Notes under the pieces: generated by a model
What the model was told of the DNA's origin: nothing
Databases searched by the model: none
The model's input: only the letters and a program-made list of their open reading frames with translations
Program-made: the position numbers and the translations under genes
Shown: piece by piece, positions 19,315-27,840 of the stretch
Position numbering within the stretch: position 1 is the stretch's first letter
Layout: every line of letters begins with the position of its first letter
Virus record (IMG/VR): IMGVR_UViG_2786546882_000003
Coordinates: 1 to 64,000 of that record
Reading direction: 5' to 3' (one strand)
Source: a virus
Taxonomy: Duplodnaviria > Caudoviricetes
Length of the DNA stretch: 64,000 nt

Positions 19315-19441
19315 CGCGGGTGTCGTGAGGCAATCGCGACGCCAACCGCTCTTTCTCAATTCGGCTTTCGCTCCTCGGCAGTGACCTGAGACGTCCGAGG
19401 GTTATGTCGCAAGTTTTTCCTTCCACTGGAGTATTGAGACA

Positions 19442-20208
19442 ATGGGTTTTCACCTTCTTGGCGATGACACGTCCAACGTTAAGCTTTCCTTGCGCCCAGA
19501 GATGGCCGACCGGCTAGCCGATAACTTCCAAGTGTTCGGCTTGACGTTATAGCCGCTTCTGACACGAGCGGCTATAACGTCTGCGCACAATCGACGCCGG
19601 CATGCCGGCGTGATTGCGTGCTCCTCACACGCGGCAAGGCTAAGTTACCTAGCGTCCAGCAAGCGCGGCAGCGGAAAACACGGCTTCTATTTGAAAATCC
19701 GACCGAATTCCACAGGCTGCTACGCTTAGACTTTGAACGCGTCGCGCATATAGCCGATCGCTACGGCTTCACGCCGCTAATGCGGATGGACGTCGGCAGC
19801 GACCTAGGCTGGTTTCGATACGCTCGAGACTTTCCAGAATTCCGGTTTTACGGTTACACGAAAGTCTACAGCCGCTTCTCTAAGCCGATCCCGTCAAATA
19901 TGCATTTGACGTACAGCTGGAACGAGCTAAGCGTAGCGCGGGGCGTCGATCCCGGCCGCGTGTTCGATGCCGGCCAGAATATCGCCGTAGTCGTGTCGAC
20001 GTTGAACAAACACGGCACGCGGCTCGCCGGCCAGCTCCCCGCGATTGTCGACCTATGCGGCTATCGCAAGCGCCCGGTCGATGGCGACGCGCACGACTGG
20101 AGAATTCCAGAGCTCGACGGGCGCGGCCGCCTAGTCGCACTACGCTTTAAGGGTGGCGCGGCCGCCAGACAGAAGGCTATTCGCGATGGTTTCGTGCTAT
20201 CGGTTTAG
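19442..20208 (+). pseudogene. GP88-like phage protein, frameshifted at ~19550
   Basis: ATG 19442 after leader reads to TAG 19550-52; the -1 frame continues AASDTSGYNVCAQSTPACRRDC...FYGYTK...LTYS...DGDAHDWR...LRFKG. Confidence 0.7.
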
Positions 20209-20216
20209 CCGATCCC

Positions 20217-20245
20217 CCTCCCCGATATCGGGGAGGTTTTTTTTT
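20217..20245 (+). terminator. intrinsic terminator
   Basis: CCTCCCCGATATCGGGGAGG plus T9. Confidence 0.9.
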
Positions 20246-20591
20246 ATGCGCCGACCAGGAAACAAAGCCGTCCCGCTCTGGCCAGACAGCGCGGTGAAAG
20301 CTAAGCGTCCTGCTCACTGACGCCAGGCACGAAACGCAGCTGTCCCGCACCGACAGCGAGCCGCGACGAACCCCGCGTGCCCCTCTCGCCATGCCGCCTG
20401 GACGCCAGCGAATCAGCGTCGTCCCGTCATCGCCACCGAGCGACCGCGACGCCCAGCCTGGACAGCCACGAATCCGCTCTGTCCGTGCCCACGCGTGAGG
20501 TCAGCGGCAAAGGCCTTCGTCCTGGTCGGCGCGTGCCTGGCGTCGCGGTCTCCCGCCGGCGGAAACTTCTCGAAAAAATAGAATCCAGCGG

Positions 20592-20672
20592 TTGACGACA
20601 CGTTGCCGATACGTATAATACAGAAGTCACGCGGGCACGTCGCAAGGCCCGCCAAGATTCCTTCCACTGGAG
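20592..20672 (+). promoter_or_regulatory. promoter plus GTCGCAAG hairpin / TTCCTTCCACTGGAG leader
   Basis: TTGACG-16-TATAAT; GCGGGC-acgtcgcaag-GCCCGC; GATTCCTTCCACTGGAG. Confidence 0.9.
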
Positions 20673-20680
20673 ATGATGAG

Positions 20681-21058
20681 ATGCAAGCCGTCGATATCGA
20701 CGTTGACGACGTTCTGGATGCCTACATTACTGCCGCGTTGTGGTCCACGACTGACGACAATGACGAGCCGTTGGATGAGAATTACGCGGCAAGTGACCTT
20801 GCCCCCGAAACGCTCGAGCGGATGCGCGCCGACGTCGTTTCCTTTGTCGAGAAGCACGCCAGCGAGATTGCCGCATGGGAAGGTGACGACGCGGCCAAGC
20901 AAGCCGGCCACGACTTGTGGTTTACGCGTTGCGGCCACGGTGTCGGCTTCTGGGAGTCCGAGTGGGGCCGGCCGGGCGAGATTCTCGACAGCTACGCAAA
21001 ATCGATCGGCGAAGTCTGGCTGTACGTCGGCAATGATGAAAAAATCTACATTGCCTAG
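20681..21058 (+). CDS. acidic phage protein (GHD.W.TR.GHG.GFW family)
   Basis: YITAALWS...AGHDLWFTRCGHGVGFWE. Confidence 0.85.
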   Translation: MQAVDIDVDDVLDAYITAALWSTTDDNDEPLDENYAASDLAPETLERMRADVVSFVEKHASEIAAWEGDDAAKQAGHDLWFTRCGHGVGFWESEWGRPGEILDSYAKSIGEVWLYVGNDEKIYIA

Positions 21059-21070
21059 GGGCCACAAACG

Positions 21071-21256
21071 ATGATAGACGCCGCAAACATGACGCTAAAC
21101 GAAGTGCTCGCCAAGCTAGGCTACCGAACCGAACCCGCCGGGCACTACAACAAAGACATCGTGACAAAATCGGGTTGGGTTGCCTTTCGCGGTGACGCCA
21201 ATTCAGTCTGGCAATGGCTCCAAGAAACCGAACAAATTCTACCGACAATACCTTGA
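21071..21256 (+). CDS. hypothetical protein
   Basis: 61-aa ORF. Confidence 0.6.
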   Translation: MIDAANMTLNEVLAKLGYRTEPAGHYNKDIVTKSGWVAFRGDANSVWQWLQETEQILPTIP

Positions 21257-21335
21257 CTCAAGATTGCCGTTGCGTATAATCGATAAGACACGGCGGGCAC
21301 GTCGCAAGGCCCGCCAAAACTTCCTTCCACTGGAG
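21253..21335 (+). promoter_or_regulatory. promoter plus GTCGCAAG hairpin leader
   Basis: TTGACT-16-TATAAT; GGCGGGC-acgtcgcaag-GCCCGCC; CTTCCTTCCACTGGAG. Confidence 0.9.
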
Positions 21336-21344
21336 ACCAAGACT

Positions 21345-21914
21345 ATGTCCACACGTGCAACCTATCAATTCGTCTCGGACCATGACCGCCCCCGCGCTCG
21401 CTACACGTTCTACGGTCACTATGACGGTTACGAGGCTGGAGCCGCTTTCCGGCTGTGGCGGATGCATCACAGCAACCGTAAAGGTGGGTTTGCCGATCGT
21501 TTCCACGGCGGAAACGATGACGTCGAATTGACGCCCGGCCACGACGCCCACGGAGACACGGAATATCAATACACGTTGACTTCTGACGGCCAGTTGACTG
21601 TCAAGGCCCGCGTGTGGGGAGATAACGTCAACAGGTGGCGTACCAAGTACGTCGGCCACTATGCCGAATTTGTCAATCAACACTTGCCGGCCGACTGGTG
21701 CGGCGACGGCTCGCCAGCTGCAGAGCGATTACAAGAAGTTTCGCTGGGGTACGGCCGTCGCGGCTGGCGGACTCGCAGCCAGCTGGAGGCGGAAGCGGCA
21801 GAACTGAAAGAGAAAATCGACGTCAAGGGCTGGAAACAATACACCGGCCAACTGTTGACGATTAAAGCCGCCATCCGCGAATACGACGCGTCAAAAAGTT
21901 TTGAGCTCGCCTAG
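21345..21914 (+). CDS. phage early protein (M.TRA...Y.H.DGY family)
   Basis: MSTRATY...FYGHYDGY...HGDTEYQY. Confidence 0.8.
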   Translation: MSTRATYQFVSDHDRPRARYTFYGHYDGYEAGAAFRLWRMHHSNRKGGFADRFHGGNDDVELTPGHDAHGDTEYQYTLTSDGQLTVKARVWGDNVNRWRTKYVGHYAEFVNQHLPADWCGDGSPAAERLQEVSLGYGRRGWRTRSQLEAEAAELKEKIDVKGWKQYTGQLLTIKAAIREYDASKSFELA

Positions 21915-21931
21915 TCACCAACCACCACACG

Positions 21932-21960
21932 CCGCCGGCTGAACTCCAGCCGGCGGTTTT
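21932..21960 (+). terminator. intrinsic terminator-like hairpin
   Basis: CCGCCGGCTG-aactc-CAGCCGGCGG-TTTT. Confidence 0.7.
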
Positions 21961-21962
21961 CC

Positions 21963-22003
21963 CGGGCACGTCGCAAGGCCCGCCAAGATTCCTTCCACTG
22001 GAG
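21963..22003 (+). promoter_or_regulatory. GTCGCAAG hairpin leader without its own promoter
   Basis: CGGGC-acgtcgcaag-GCCCG; GATTCCTTCCACTGGAG directly after terminator. Confidence 0.85.
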
Positions 22004-22012
22004 CAAACGAAC

Positions 22013-22576
22013 ATGGGAACCACCTACCAAAACGTCGACAAGTCAACCAACCTTCGTGATTACGTCCAAGCCGAATACGGCGGCCAGCCGGGCGTCTACG
22101 ACTACAGCGTCGTCGGCGGCAATGCCTACCTGCTATGCGGCCACCCCGGCCGCTTGGGAATTGTCGTCGTGAAGCTGTCCAAGCATACCGACGAATATGG
22201 TTTGCACATCGGCACCAAGCCGATCGACGAATCGAGTCACCCGTATTACTACGACTGCCCGCTACGGCTTCTTGATAAAGCCGATCCCCCCGTGAACGAT
22301 GACGCCGCACGATGGCGCGAAGAGGTCCGCCGCCGGGCCAGCGCCCGCAACCGGGTACGGCGGATTAAGGACGGCGAGCGGATTAAGCTTGCCGCGCCGC
22401 TCAATTATGGTTTCGGTAGCTTCGACACTTTCGAAGCCGCCACCATGTTCTACCGTGGCCATAGCACCCGGGTCTATCGAATCGTCGCCCCCGGGAAAAT
22501 TGGCGACCGTCGCCTAGTCCGAATCTCCCGGCTTCATACGCGTGAGTTCGAAGTGCTCGAGCCCCCCAAGTCATAA
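22013..22576 (+). CDS. DUF6927-like protein
   Basis: K.IDESSHPYYYDCP..LL...AARWR motif. Confidence 0.75.
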   Translation: MGTTYQNVDKSTNLRDYVQAEYGGQPGVYDYSVVGGNAYLLCGHPGRLGIVVVKLSKHTDEYGLHIGTKPIDESSHPYYYDCPLRLLDKADPPVNDDAARWREEVRRRASARNRVRRIKDGERIKLAAPLNYGFGSFDTFEAATMFYRGHSTRVYRIVAPGKIGDRRLVRISRLHTREFEVLEPPKS

Positions 22577-22596
22577 CCTGTGGAAGGGTTGCGACG

Positions 22597-22638
22597 GCGG
22601 CCGACTGGGAATAATCCCGGCCGGCCGCTTTTTTTTTT
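22597..22638 (+). terminator. intrinsic terminator
   Basis: GCGGCCGACTGGGA...TCCCGGCCGGCCGC plus T10. Confidence 0.85.
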
Positions 22639-22649
22639 GCGCTAATGAC

Positions 22650-22728
22650 TTGACGCTAGATTGCCGATACGTATAATATGGCATAACGGGCACGTCGCAA
22701 GGCCCGCAAAAACTTCCTTCCACTGGAG
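22650..22728 (+). promoter_or_regulatory. promoter plus GTCGCAAG hairpin leader
   Basis: TTGACG-16-TATAAT; CGGGC-acgtcgcaag-GCCCG; CTTCCTTCCACTGGAG. Confidence 0.9.
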
Positions 22729-22737
22729 ACCGAAACT

Positions 22738-23205
22738 ATGGCCAGCAGCTACACTCCCGTCGTTCGTGTTCAACTCGTCAAAGAGTCCAGCATTCGCGGC
22801 CGCAAGGCGCTCAGCAGCAGCAACGACGCAAAGGATATCGCCCGGCGATACTTCACAGAACGCGGCAGCGATCGGGAGTGCTTCGTAGTCGCGCACTTAG
22901 ACACGAAGCTTCGCCCCCTCAGCATCGAGCTCGTCACTCAGGGCACGCTAGACGCGTCGCTGGTACACGCCCGCGAAGTGTTCAAAGCTGCAATCGTCGC
23001 TGGCGCGCGGTCGATTCTGGTGATGCATAACCACCCTAGCGGTGACCCTACCCCAAGCAGCGCAGACTTTGACGTAACGCGAAAGCTGATAAAAGCCGGC
23101 GAAGTCATCGGAATCGACGTGCTCGATCATATCGTGGTGGGGGATGATCCAGACGCCGAATGCGTCAGCATGCGGGAGGATCATCGGCACGAAGCCGGCT
23201 TCTGA
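22738..23205 (+). CDS. radC: RadC-like JAB domain protein
   Basis: RECF...GTLDASLVHAREVFK...HNHPSGDPTPS.AD...VLDHIVVG. Confidence 0.93.
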   Translation: MASSYTPVVRVQLVKESSIRGRKALSSSNDAKDIARRYFTERGSDRECFVVAHLDTKLRPLSIELVTQGTLDASLVHAREVFKAAIVAGARSILVMHNHPSGDPTPSSADFDVTRKLIKAGEVIGIDVLDHIVVGDDPDAECVSMREDHRHEAGF

Positions 23206-23310
23206 GTAGGCATCGGCTGACGGCTACCAGCGCCGCGGCCGTCAGCTAAGCCCGGCCGAAAATAGCCACGGCGGCCGACTGGCCGCGACGCCAGCCACCA
23301 ACAACCACAC

Positions 23311-23342
23311 ACCCCCGGGAATCAAACTCCCGGGGGTTTTTT
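23311..23342 (+). terminator. intrinsic terminator
   Basis: ACCCCCGGGA-atcaaac-TCCCGGGGGT plus T tract. Confidence 0.85.
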
Positions 23343-23570
23343 CGTGCGCGGATCCCGCCGCAAATGACGGAGCTACTGCCACACCCCCTGCCAGAAGATG
23401 CAAAAAAGTTCATGCGGAAAACCGCAGAATTCTCCTCTCTCCAGTGCGAAAAATATCGAGCGAGGATTTCAGAAATGGCAAATTTGGCAAAACACAACCG
23501 CCGCCATTGATCGTCATTTGCCTTTTCCGTAAGATAGCGGAAGTTTCCTTCTACAAATAGCGAGTCCGTA

Positions 23571-24701
23571 ATGAGTCAAAACACGACGCTCGAGTTGAGC
23601 GCGGATCAGCAACGCGCGTTCGACCATATCGACCACTGGTTCTTCAAAAAGAGCTCTCCGTTCCTGACCCTCGGAGGCCTGGCCGGAACCGGCAAGAGCA
23701 CGATCGCCGCCGAGCTGGCTCGCAGGCTTGAAGACGTAGGTCAACGCACCGTGTTCTCAGCTCCCACAGGCAAAGCCTCCGCCGTTCTCCGTGCAAAAGG
23801 GGCCAAGCAGGCCTACACACTGCACTCGCTGCTCTATCGCATGGCCGGCACGACTGAAGACGACGAAGGTAATAAGCAACCCGTGTTCGTCGACAAGCAC
23901 TGGGAGAAGTATTGCGATCTGCTGGTCGTAGACGAGGCGAGCATGGTCACCACACGTCTATTCCGAGACATACTCGAACGGCGCGTTCGCGTCCTATTCA
24001 TTGGTGACCACGGTCAACTCCCTCCCGTGGGCGGCAATCCACGAATCATGGAGAAGGCAGCCGTCAAGCTGGAAAAGATCCATAGGCAAGCAGCCGGCAG
24101 CGGCATCCTTCGAATCGCTCACGCGGTACGAAACGGCCATCCCGTGACCCGGGACTTCATGTCAGACGACGTGAACGTCGGGCGTGTTCTCAGCCTCGAG
24201 TCCGCCGCGCGCAAGGCCAAAGAGCTAAATGTCGATCAGGTTATCGTGGCCACGAACAACGAGCGCGAACGCTTCAACCGCTTTTGGCGCGGGCCCGAGC
24301 TGGAAAACCGCCCACCCACCGTGGGCGAAAGGATCATGTGCCTACTCAACAACAAGTCAGACAACGTCTGGAACGGCCAAACGTACAAGGTCAAACGGGT
24401 CCACAAGATCGTCGAGTCAACCGGGATCTTCGACCTGGAGAGCGAAGACGACGGATCCACACGCCGTCGCCACCACGTGTTCCTCCCCGCTTTCCATGAC
24501 AGGAAGCTTGAAGACCGCGACCTGCTCAAGAATGGCGTGAACCTGTTCACGTTCGCGTATGCCGCCACGTGCCACAAGCTGCAGGGTTCGCAATACGGTC
24601 ACGTGTTTGTCATTGACAACCCGGTCATGGAGCCACAGCGATGGCGGTACACCGCCTTCACGCGCGCTGAGCACAAGCTGACAGTCGCCCGCTACGCGTG
24701 A
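23571..24701 (+). CDS. SF1B helicase (Dda/RecD-like)
   Basis: GLAGTGKS, APTGKA, VDEASM, GDHGQLPPV, HRQ, TCHKLQGSQY, YTAFTRA. Confidence 0.95.
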   Translation: MSQNTTLELSADQQRAFDHIDHWFFKKSSPFLTLGGLAGTGKSTIAAELARRLEDVGQRTVFSAPTGKASAVLRAKGAKQAYTLHSLLYRMAGTTEDDEGNKQPVFVDKHWEKYCDLLVVDEASMVTTRLFRDILERRVRVLFIGDHGQLPPVGGNPRIMEKAAVKLEKIHRQAAGSGILRIAHAVRNGHPVTRDFMSDDVNVGRVLSLESAARKAKELNVDQVIVATNNERERFNRFWRGPELENRPPTVGERIMCLLNNKSDNVWNGQTYKVKRVHKIVESTGIFDLESEDDGSTRRRHHVFLPAFHDRKLEDRDLLKNGVNLFTFAYAATCHKLQGSQYGHVFVIDNPVMEPQRWRYTAFTRAEHKLTVARYA

Positions 24702-24777
24702 GCGCAAACACGCCAACGCAAAAAATTTTCTACGCACGTAAGGCAAATCGCAAATTTGGAAAAATTGGTTATACGCG

Positions 24778-24840
24778 TTGACAACCTATTGCCGATGCGT
24801 ATAATGGCTGATGTCGCAAGCAGCCGTTTCCTTTTACCAC
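24778..24840 (+). promoter_or_regulatory. promoter plus GTCGCAAG hairpin leader
   Basis: TTGACA-16-TATAAT; GGCTG-atgtcgcaag-CAGCC; GTTTCCTTTTACCAC. Confidence 0.88.
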
Positions 24841-24856
24841 TAGTCGGAGCCTTTCT

Positions 24857-25030
24857 ATGTCTCAGGACCAAGATCCGCAGCAGTTCGACGATCCGTTCGG
24901 CCAGTTTATGTACGACGTCGCCGTGTTTCTTCGTGACGAAGAGCAAGCCGCGTCACAGGACAACAAGCACGATGGCGACAGTCCCAACGCCAGCAACGAT
25001 CAAGACGAAGACGTCGACTACCCGTTCTAA
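24857..25030 (+). CDS. small highly acidic protein (57 aa, below ORF-track cut-off)
   Basis: GGAG RBS; MSQDQDPQQFDDPFGQFMYDVAVFLRDEEQ...DQDEDVDYPF. Confidence 0.65.
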   Translation: MSQDQDPQQFDDPFGQFMYDVAVFLRDEEQAASQDNKHDGDSPNASNDQDEDVDYPF

Positions 25031-25036
25031 TATCAA

Positions 25037-25204
25037 GCCAGAAGGCCGACCAGCGACGTGAGCGCTGACGGTAAGCGACTCTCGCGCGGCAACCCCGCGT
25101 GAGGCCTGTGCGAAGCCGCTCGCGACGGCTGAGCAGACTCCGGACTGATCACTCGGGGCAGGAGCGCTGGTTCGACTCCAGCCGTCGCTGGCCGGCCTTC
25201 TGGC
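25037..25204 (+). ncRNA. tRNA-like structured RNA within a 22-bp terminal stem
   Basis: Acceptor-like AGCGACG/CGTCGCT, D-like arm CGCT-gacggta-AGCG, canonical T arm GCTGG-TTCGACT-CCAGC, 88-nt multi-hairpin centre. Confidence 0.7.
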
Positions 25205-25334
25205 ATTCGCGCAGATGTCATGCGGCAACCCCTCGTGTATCCTAGTGTCCACAGAAATCCGATCCCATAAATCCAATGGCGGCAGTGATTTTCGCGTTAA
25301 TTTACTACCACAAACGGCAAATTAGGCAAAAGAT

Positions 25335-25685
25335 ATGACCGGAAAGAACAAAGAGTTTACCGAGTTTGAGCTTGTTCGATTCCTCGTGGACGATTACCTA
25401 CGAGAGAAACGAGCACTCCCCGTTTGGGAGATCGAGAAGCGGTCTGACTTTGATCAGACCCGCGTGCTCGAGCTGTTCGACGGTCCGCGACTACAGAGGG
25501 ATATGGTCGATGATCTTGGTGATGAAACATTTGAGCCGAAGCCTGCCCTGCTGGCAGAGATTATTGTCGGCATGCGAGAAGGACTCCAGTACCAAGAATC
25601 ACTCCTCCGTGTGCTCCTAAAAAAGTTCGAGCGACTCGACCGCATCGACGAAGATGAAAGTGATCGGGCTCCCTGGCGCACATAG
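25335..25685 (+). CDS. hypothetical protein
   Basis: 116-aa ORF. Confidence 0.65.
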   Translation: MTGKNKEFTEFELVRFLVDDYLREKRALPVWEIEKRSDFDQTRVLELFDGPRLQRDMVDDLGDETFEPKPALLAEIIVGMREGLQYQESLLRVLLKKFERLDRIDEDESDRAPWRT

Positions 25686-25749
25686 AGACGTCAATAATCG
25701 GGAACCTTCGATTGCCAATTTCTATTTTCATTGGGATTCGGCACTCCGG

Positions 25750-25783
25750 CCCCTTGGTGTTTTCCGACGCCAAGGGGTTTTTT
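25750..25783 (+). terminator. intrinsic terminator
   Basis: CCCCTTGGTG...CGCCAAGGGG-TTTTTT. Confidence 0.8.
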
Positions 25784-25805
25784 CATATTCCGCCATTTAC
25801 ATCCA

Positions 25806-25833
25806 TTGACCGCCATTTGTCATTCGGTAGAAT
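25806..25833 (+). promoter_or_regulatory. sigma70-like promoter
   Basis: TTGACC-16-TAGAAT. Confidence 0.65.
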
Positions 25834-25925
25834 CTTCGAGTCACACCCCTCTAAAGAAACTCGTGGGCCGCGAGAGACGGAGCTAAGTCTGGGTGTGAAA
25901 GTCGAAGGCGGCCTTGGAGAGTGTC

Positions 25926-26546
25926 ATGACGCGTACGGTAGTGAGCGTTCAAGAGAGGCCAGGCAGAGTGCTGGAGGTAATAACCCAAGGCACTCATTTG
26001 GGCCGGGTTGATCAAACTACGCATCACATTCAATTAGGCGTCGACGAGCAACGCGTCAAAGAGCTCATCGACGAAGGCTACGAAAAGTTGGCGCGAGCGA
26101 TCGGCTTGATCCCACCTGACGACGAGGAAGCCCCTGCGTGTTGCGAGTCCCCAAACGGATGCTGCAACAGCGAATTCGACAGTGTCGAAAAAGCAATGGG
26201 CCCGCTTCACGAGTCTGTCGTCAATCTACTCGAGTCGCTCGGCTTTGACGTCAGCGGCGTCGAGATCGCCGTCATCGACCCAGAAAGCCGAGAGGTCATC
26301 TACGTCATCGAGCAAAACAGTGACGAAGACTCTGTCACGTGGGCCACACCAACACTCGAAGACGCGTACAACCATGCCGATGTCGAGGTCAGCCGCGACG
26401 GCGAGCGGTGGTATTCCGCCGTGCTCTATTTCATCGAAGACGTCCACCCCATCGAGATTCCGCAAGGCCGCCGTCGCTTTTACGCGGTTGTCGACGGAGA
26501 TTGCACGATGAAGGTTTGGGATTATGCGAGGATCCTCAGCCGATGA
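25926..26546 (+). CDS. acidic hypothetical protein
   Basis: GGAG RBS, ATG 25926. Confidence 0.7.
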   Translation: MTRTVVSVQERPGRVLEVITQGTHLGRVDQTTHHIQLGVDEQRVKELIDEGYEKLARAIGLIPPDDEEAPACCESPNGCCNSEFDSVEKAMGPLHESVVNLLESLGFDVSGVEIAVIDPESREVIYVIEQNSDEDSVTWATPTLEDAYNHADVEVSRDGERWYSAVLYFIEDVHPIEIPQGRRRFYAVVDGDCTMKVWDYARILSR

Positions 26547-26848
26547 GTTACTCCAACGCCAAGCTTACCGCCGACGACCTGCACCGCGTGATGGTTGCCG
26601 AGTCGCCTCGACTAGATGGTCCTGGCCGCAAGGCTGGTCGCCCACTTGTCACACCAAAGAACACCGCTCGCAAATGCTACGAGCGAGACGAGCATCCAGA
26701 CGGCACCGTCTCCGTGCTCAAGAGTCAATACGGCATTTTCTTCCCGAACCCCATGGGCTGTCGGGGATTGAAGCCGGCCAACTCGCGTAGGAGCAACAGG
26801 CTCTACTACCAGGCACGAGAGAAAGCCAGGATGGCCTCTGTCGGGTAA
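26543..26848 (+). CDS. basic hypothetical protein
   Basis: ATGA overlap with upstream gene. Confidence 0.55.
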   Translation: MSYSNAKLTADDLHRVMVAESPRLDGPGRKAGRPLVTPKNTARKCYERDEHPDGTVSVLKSQYGIFFPNPMGCRGLKPANSRRSNRLYYQAREKARMASVG

Positions 26849-26943
26849 ACGCACCGAGGCGAGGCTGACCGCGCGGTAACCCCGCGTGGTTGGCCGCCGT
26901 CTCGACACCAAGTTCCTTCCGCTACCTTCCACTGGAGAGCCGC

Positions 26944-27840
26944 GTGTCTCTTATCAAGCCGATCAAGTGGCACGGAGGCAAGCACTATCTGGCAAGTCGC
27001 ATTGTCAGCCTGATGCCACCGCACACACGATATCTTGAGGCCTACGCCGGCGGCCTCAGCGTGCTGCTGCAGAAACCATTCGAGAACTGCAGTGAGTACG
27101 TCAACGACCTTGACGGTGAGCTGACGACGTTTTGGCAAGTTCTGGCGAGGCCGGATCTGTTCGATTCATTTCGACGTCAGGTCGAGGCGATCCCGCTATC
27201 ACAACCCGTGTTCGAGGTTTATAGGACACTTAAGGGGATGTGCGACAGCGACGATCTTGATCGCGCGGCCGTCCAAAAAGCCGTCTCTTTCTTTGTGCGA
27301 AACCGCCAGTCGAGGCAGGGTCTAGGGAAAGACTACTGCACACCGACAAAGCGGCTTCGTCGCGGAATGAACGAGAACGTCTCGAGTTGGTTGACGGCGG
27401 TCGACGGATTACCGGAGATTCACGCCCGTCTCCGCCGTGTCGAAGTTCTTTGCCGCCCGGCGACTCATGTCATCGCCCGACTCGACGACGAAGACCTGCT
27501 GGTCTATGCCGATCCGCCGTACATGCACGACACCCGGTCGACGACCAAAGAGTACGGCGATCTGGAGATGAGCTACGCCGACCACGTGGAGCTGCTCAAC
27601 ACGCTGTCAGGAATGAAAGGCAAGTTCATTCTCAGCGGATATCAAAACGACTTGTACCGTCATTTTGCGGATTTAGGCGGCTGGCGACGAGTAGATTTCG
27701 ATCTCCCGAATAATGCCGCTTCCGGCAAGACTAAAAAGCGGATGACTGAATCGATCTGGATGAACTTTGAGCCTGCGGATGTCGACGAACCGACTAAAGA
27801 GTTTAGAGGCGAACAAGCGAAAACTTCGGTTCAAAGCTGA
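26944..27840 (+). CDS. DNA N6-adenine methyltransferase (Dam/D12 class)
   Basis: KWHGGK, EAYAGG, VND, VYADPPY; GTG after CCTTCCACTGGAG. Confidence 0.93.
   Translation: MSLIKPIKWHGGKHYLASRIVSLMPPHTRYLEAYAGGLSVLLQKPFENCSEYVNDLDGELTTFWQVLARPDLFDSFRRQVEAIPLSQPVFEVYRTLKGMCDSDDLDRAAVQKAVSFFVRNRQSRQGLGKDYCTPTKRLRRGMNENVSSWLTAVDGLPEIHARLRRVEVLCRPATHVIARLDDEDLLVYADPPYMHDTRSTTKEYGDLEMSYADHVELLNTLSGMKGKFILSGYQNDLYRHFADLGGWRRVDFDLPNNAASGKTKKRMTESIWMNFEPADVDEPTKEFRGEQAKTSVQS

Noticed and set aside
19550-19552. Amber read-through or alternative genetic code
   Set aside because: The continuation is in a different frame, and TAG is a normal stop in many intact genes
20246-20590. Coding potential of the GC-rich spacer
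   Set aside because: ORFs are low-complexity R/A/P-rich with no RBS; the region lies between a terminator and a promoter
20631-22728. CRISPR or integron attC interpretation of the ~40-bp repeats
   Set aside because: Repeats are separated by whole genes, sit 5' of them and include the RBS; no GTTRRRY attC ends and no integrase in the window
25052-25190. Canonical tRNA or tmRNA gene
   Set aside because: D-to-T segment is ~88 nt, with no CCA and no G3-U70; too short for tmRNA; kept as a tRNA-like ncRNA
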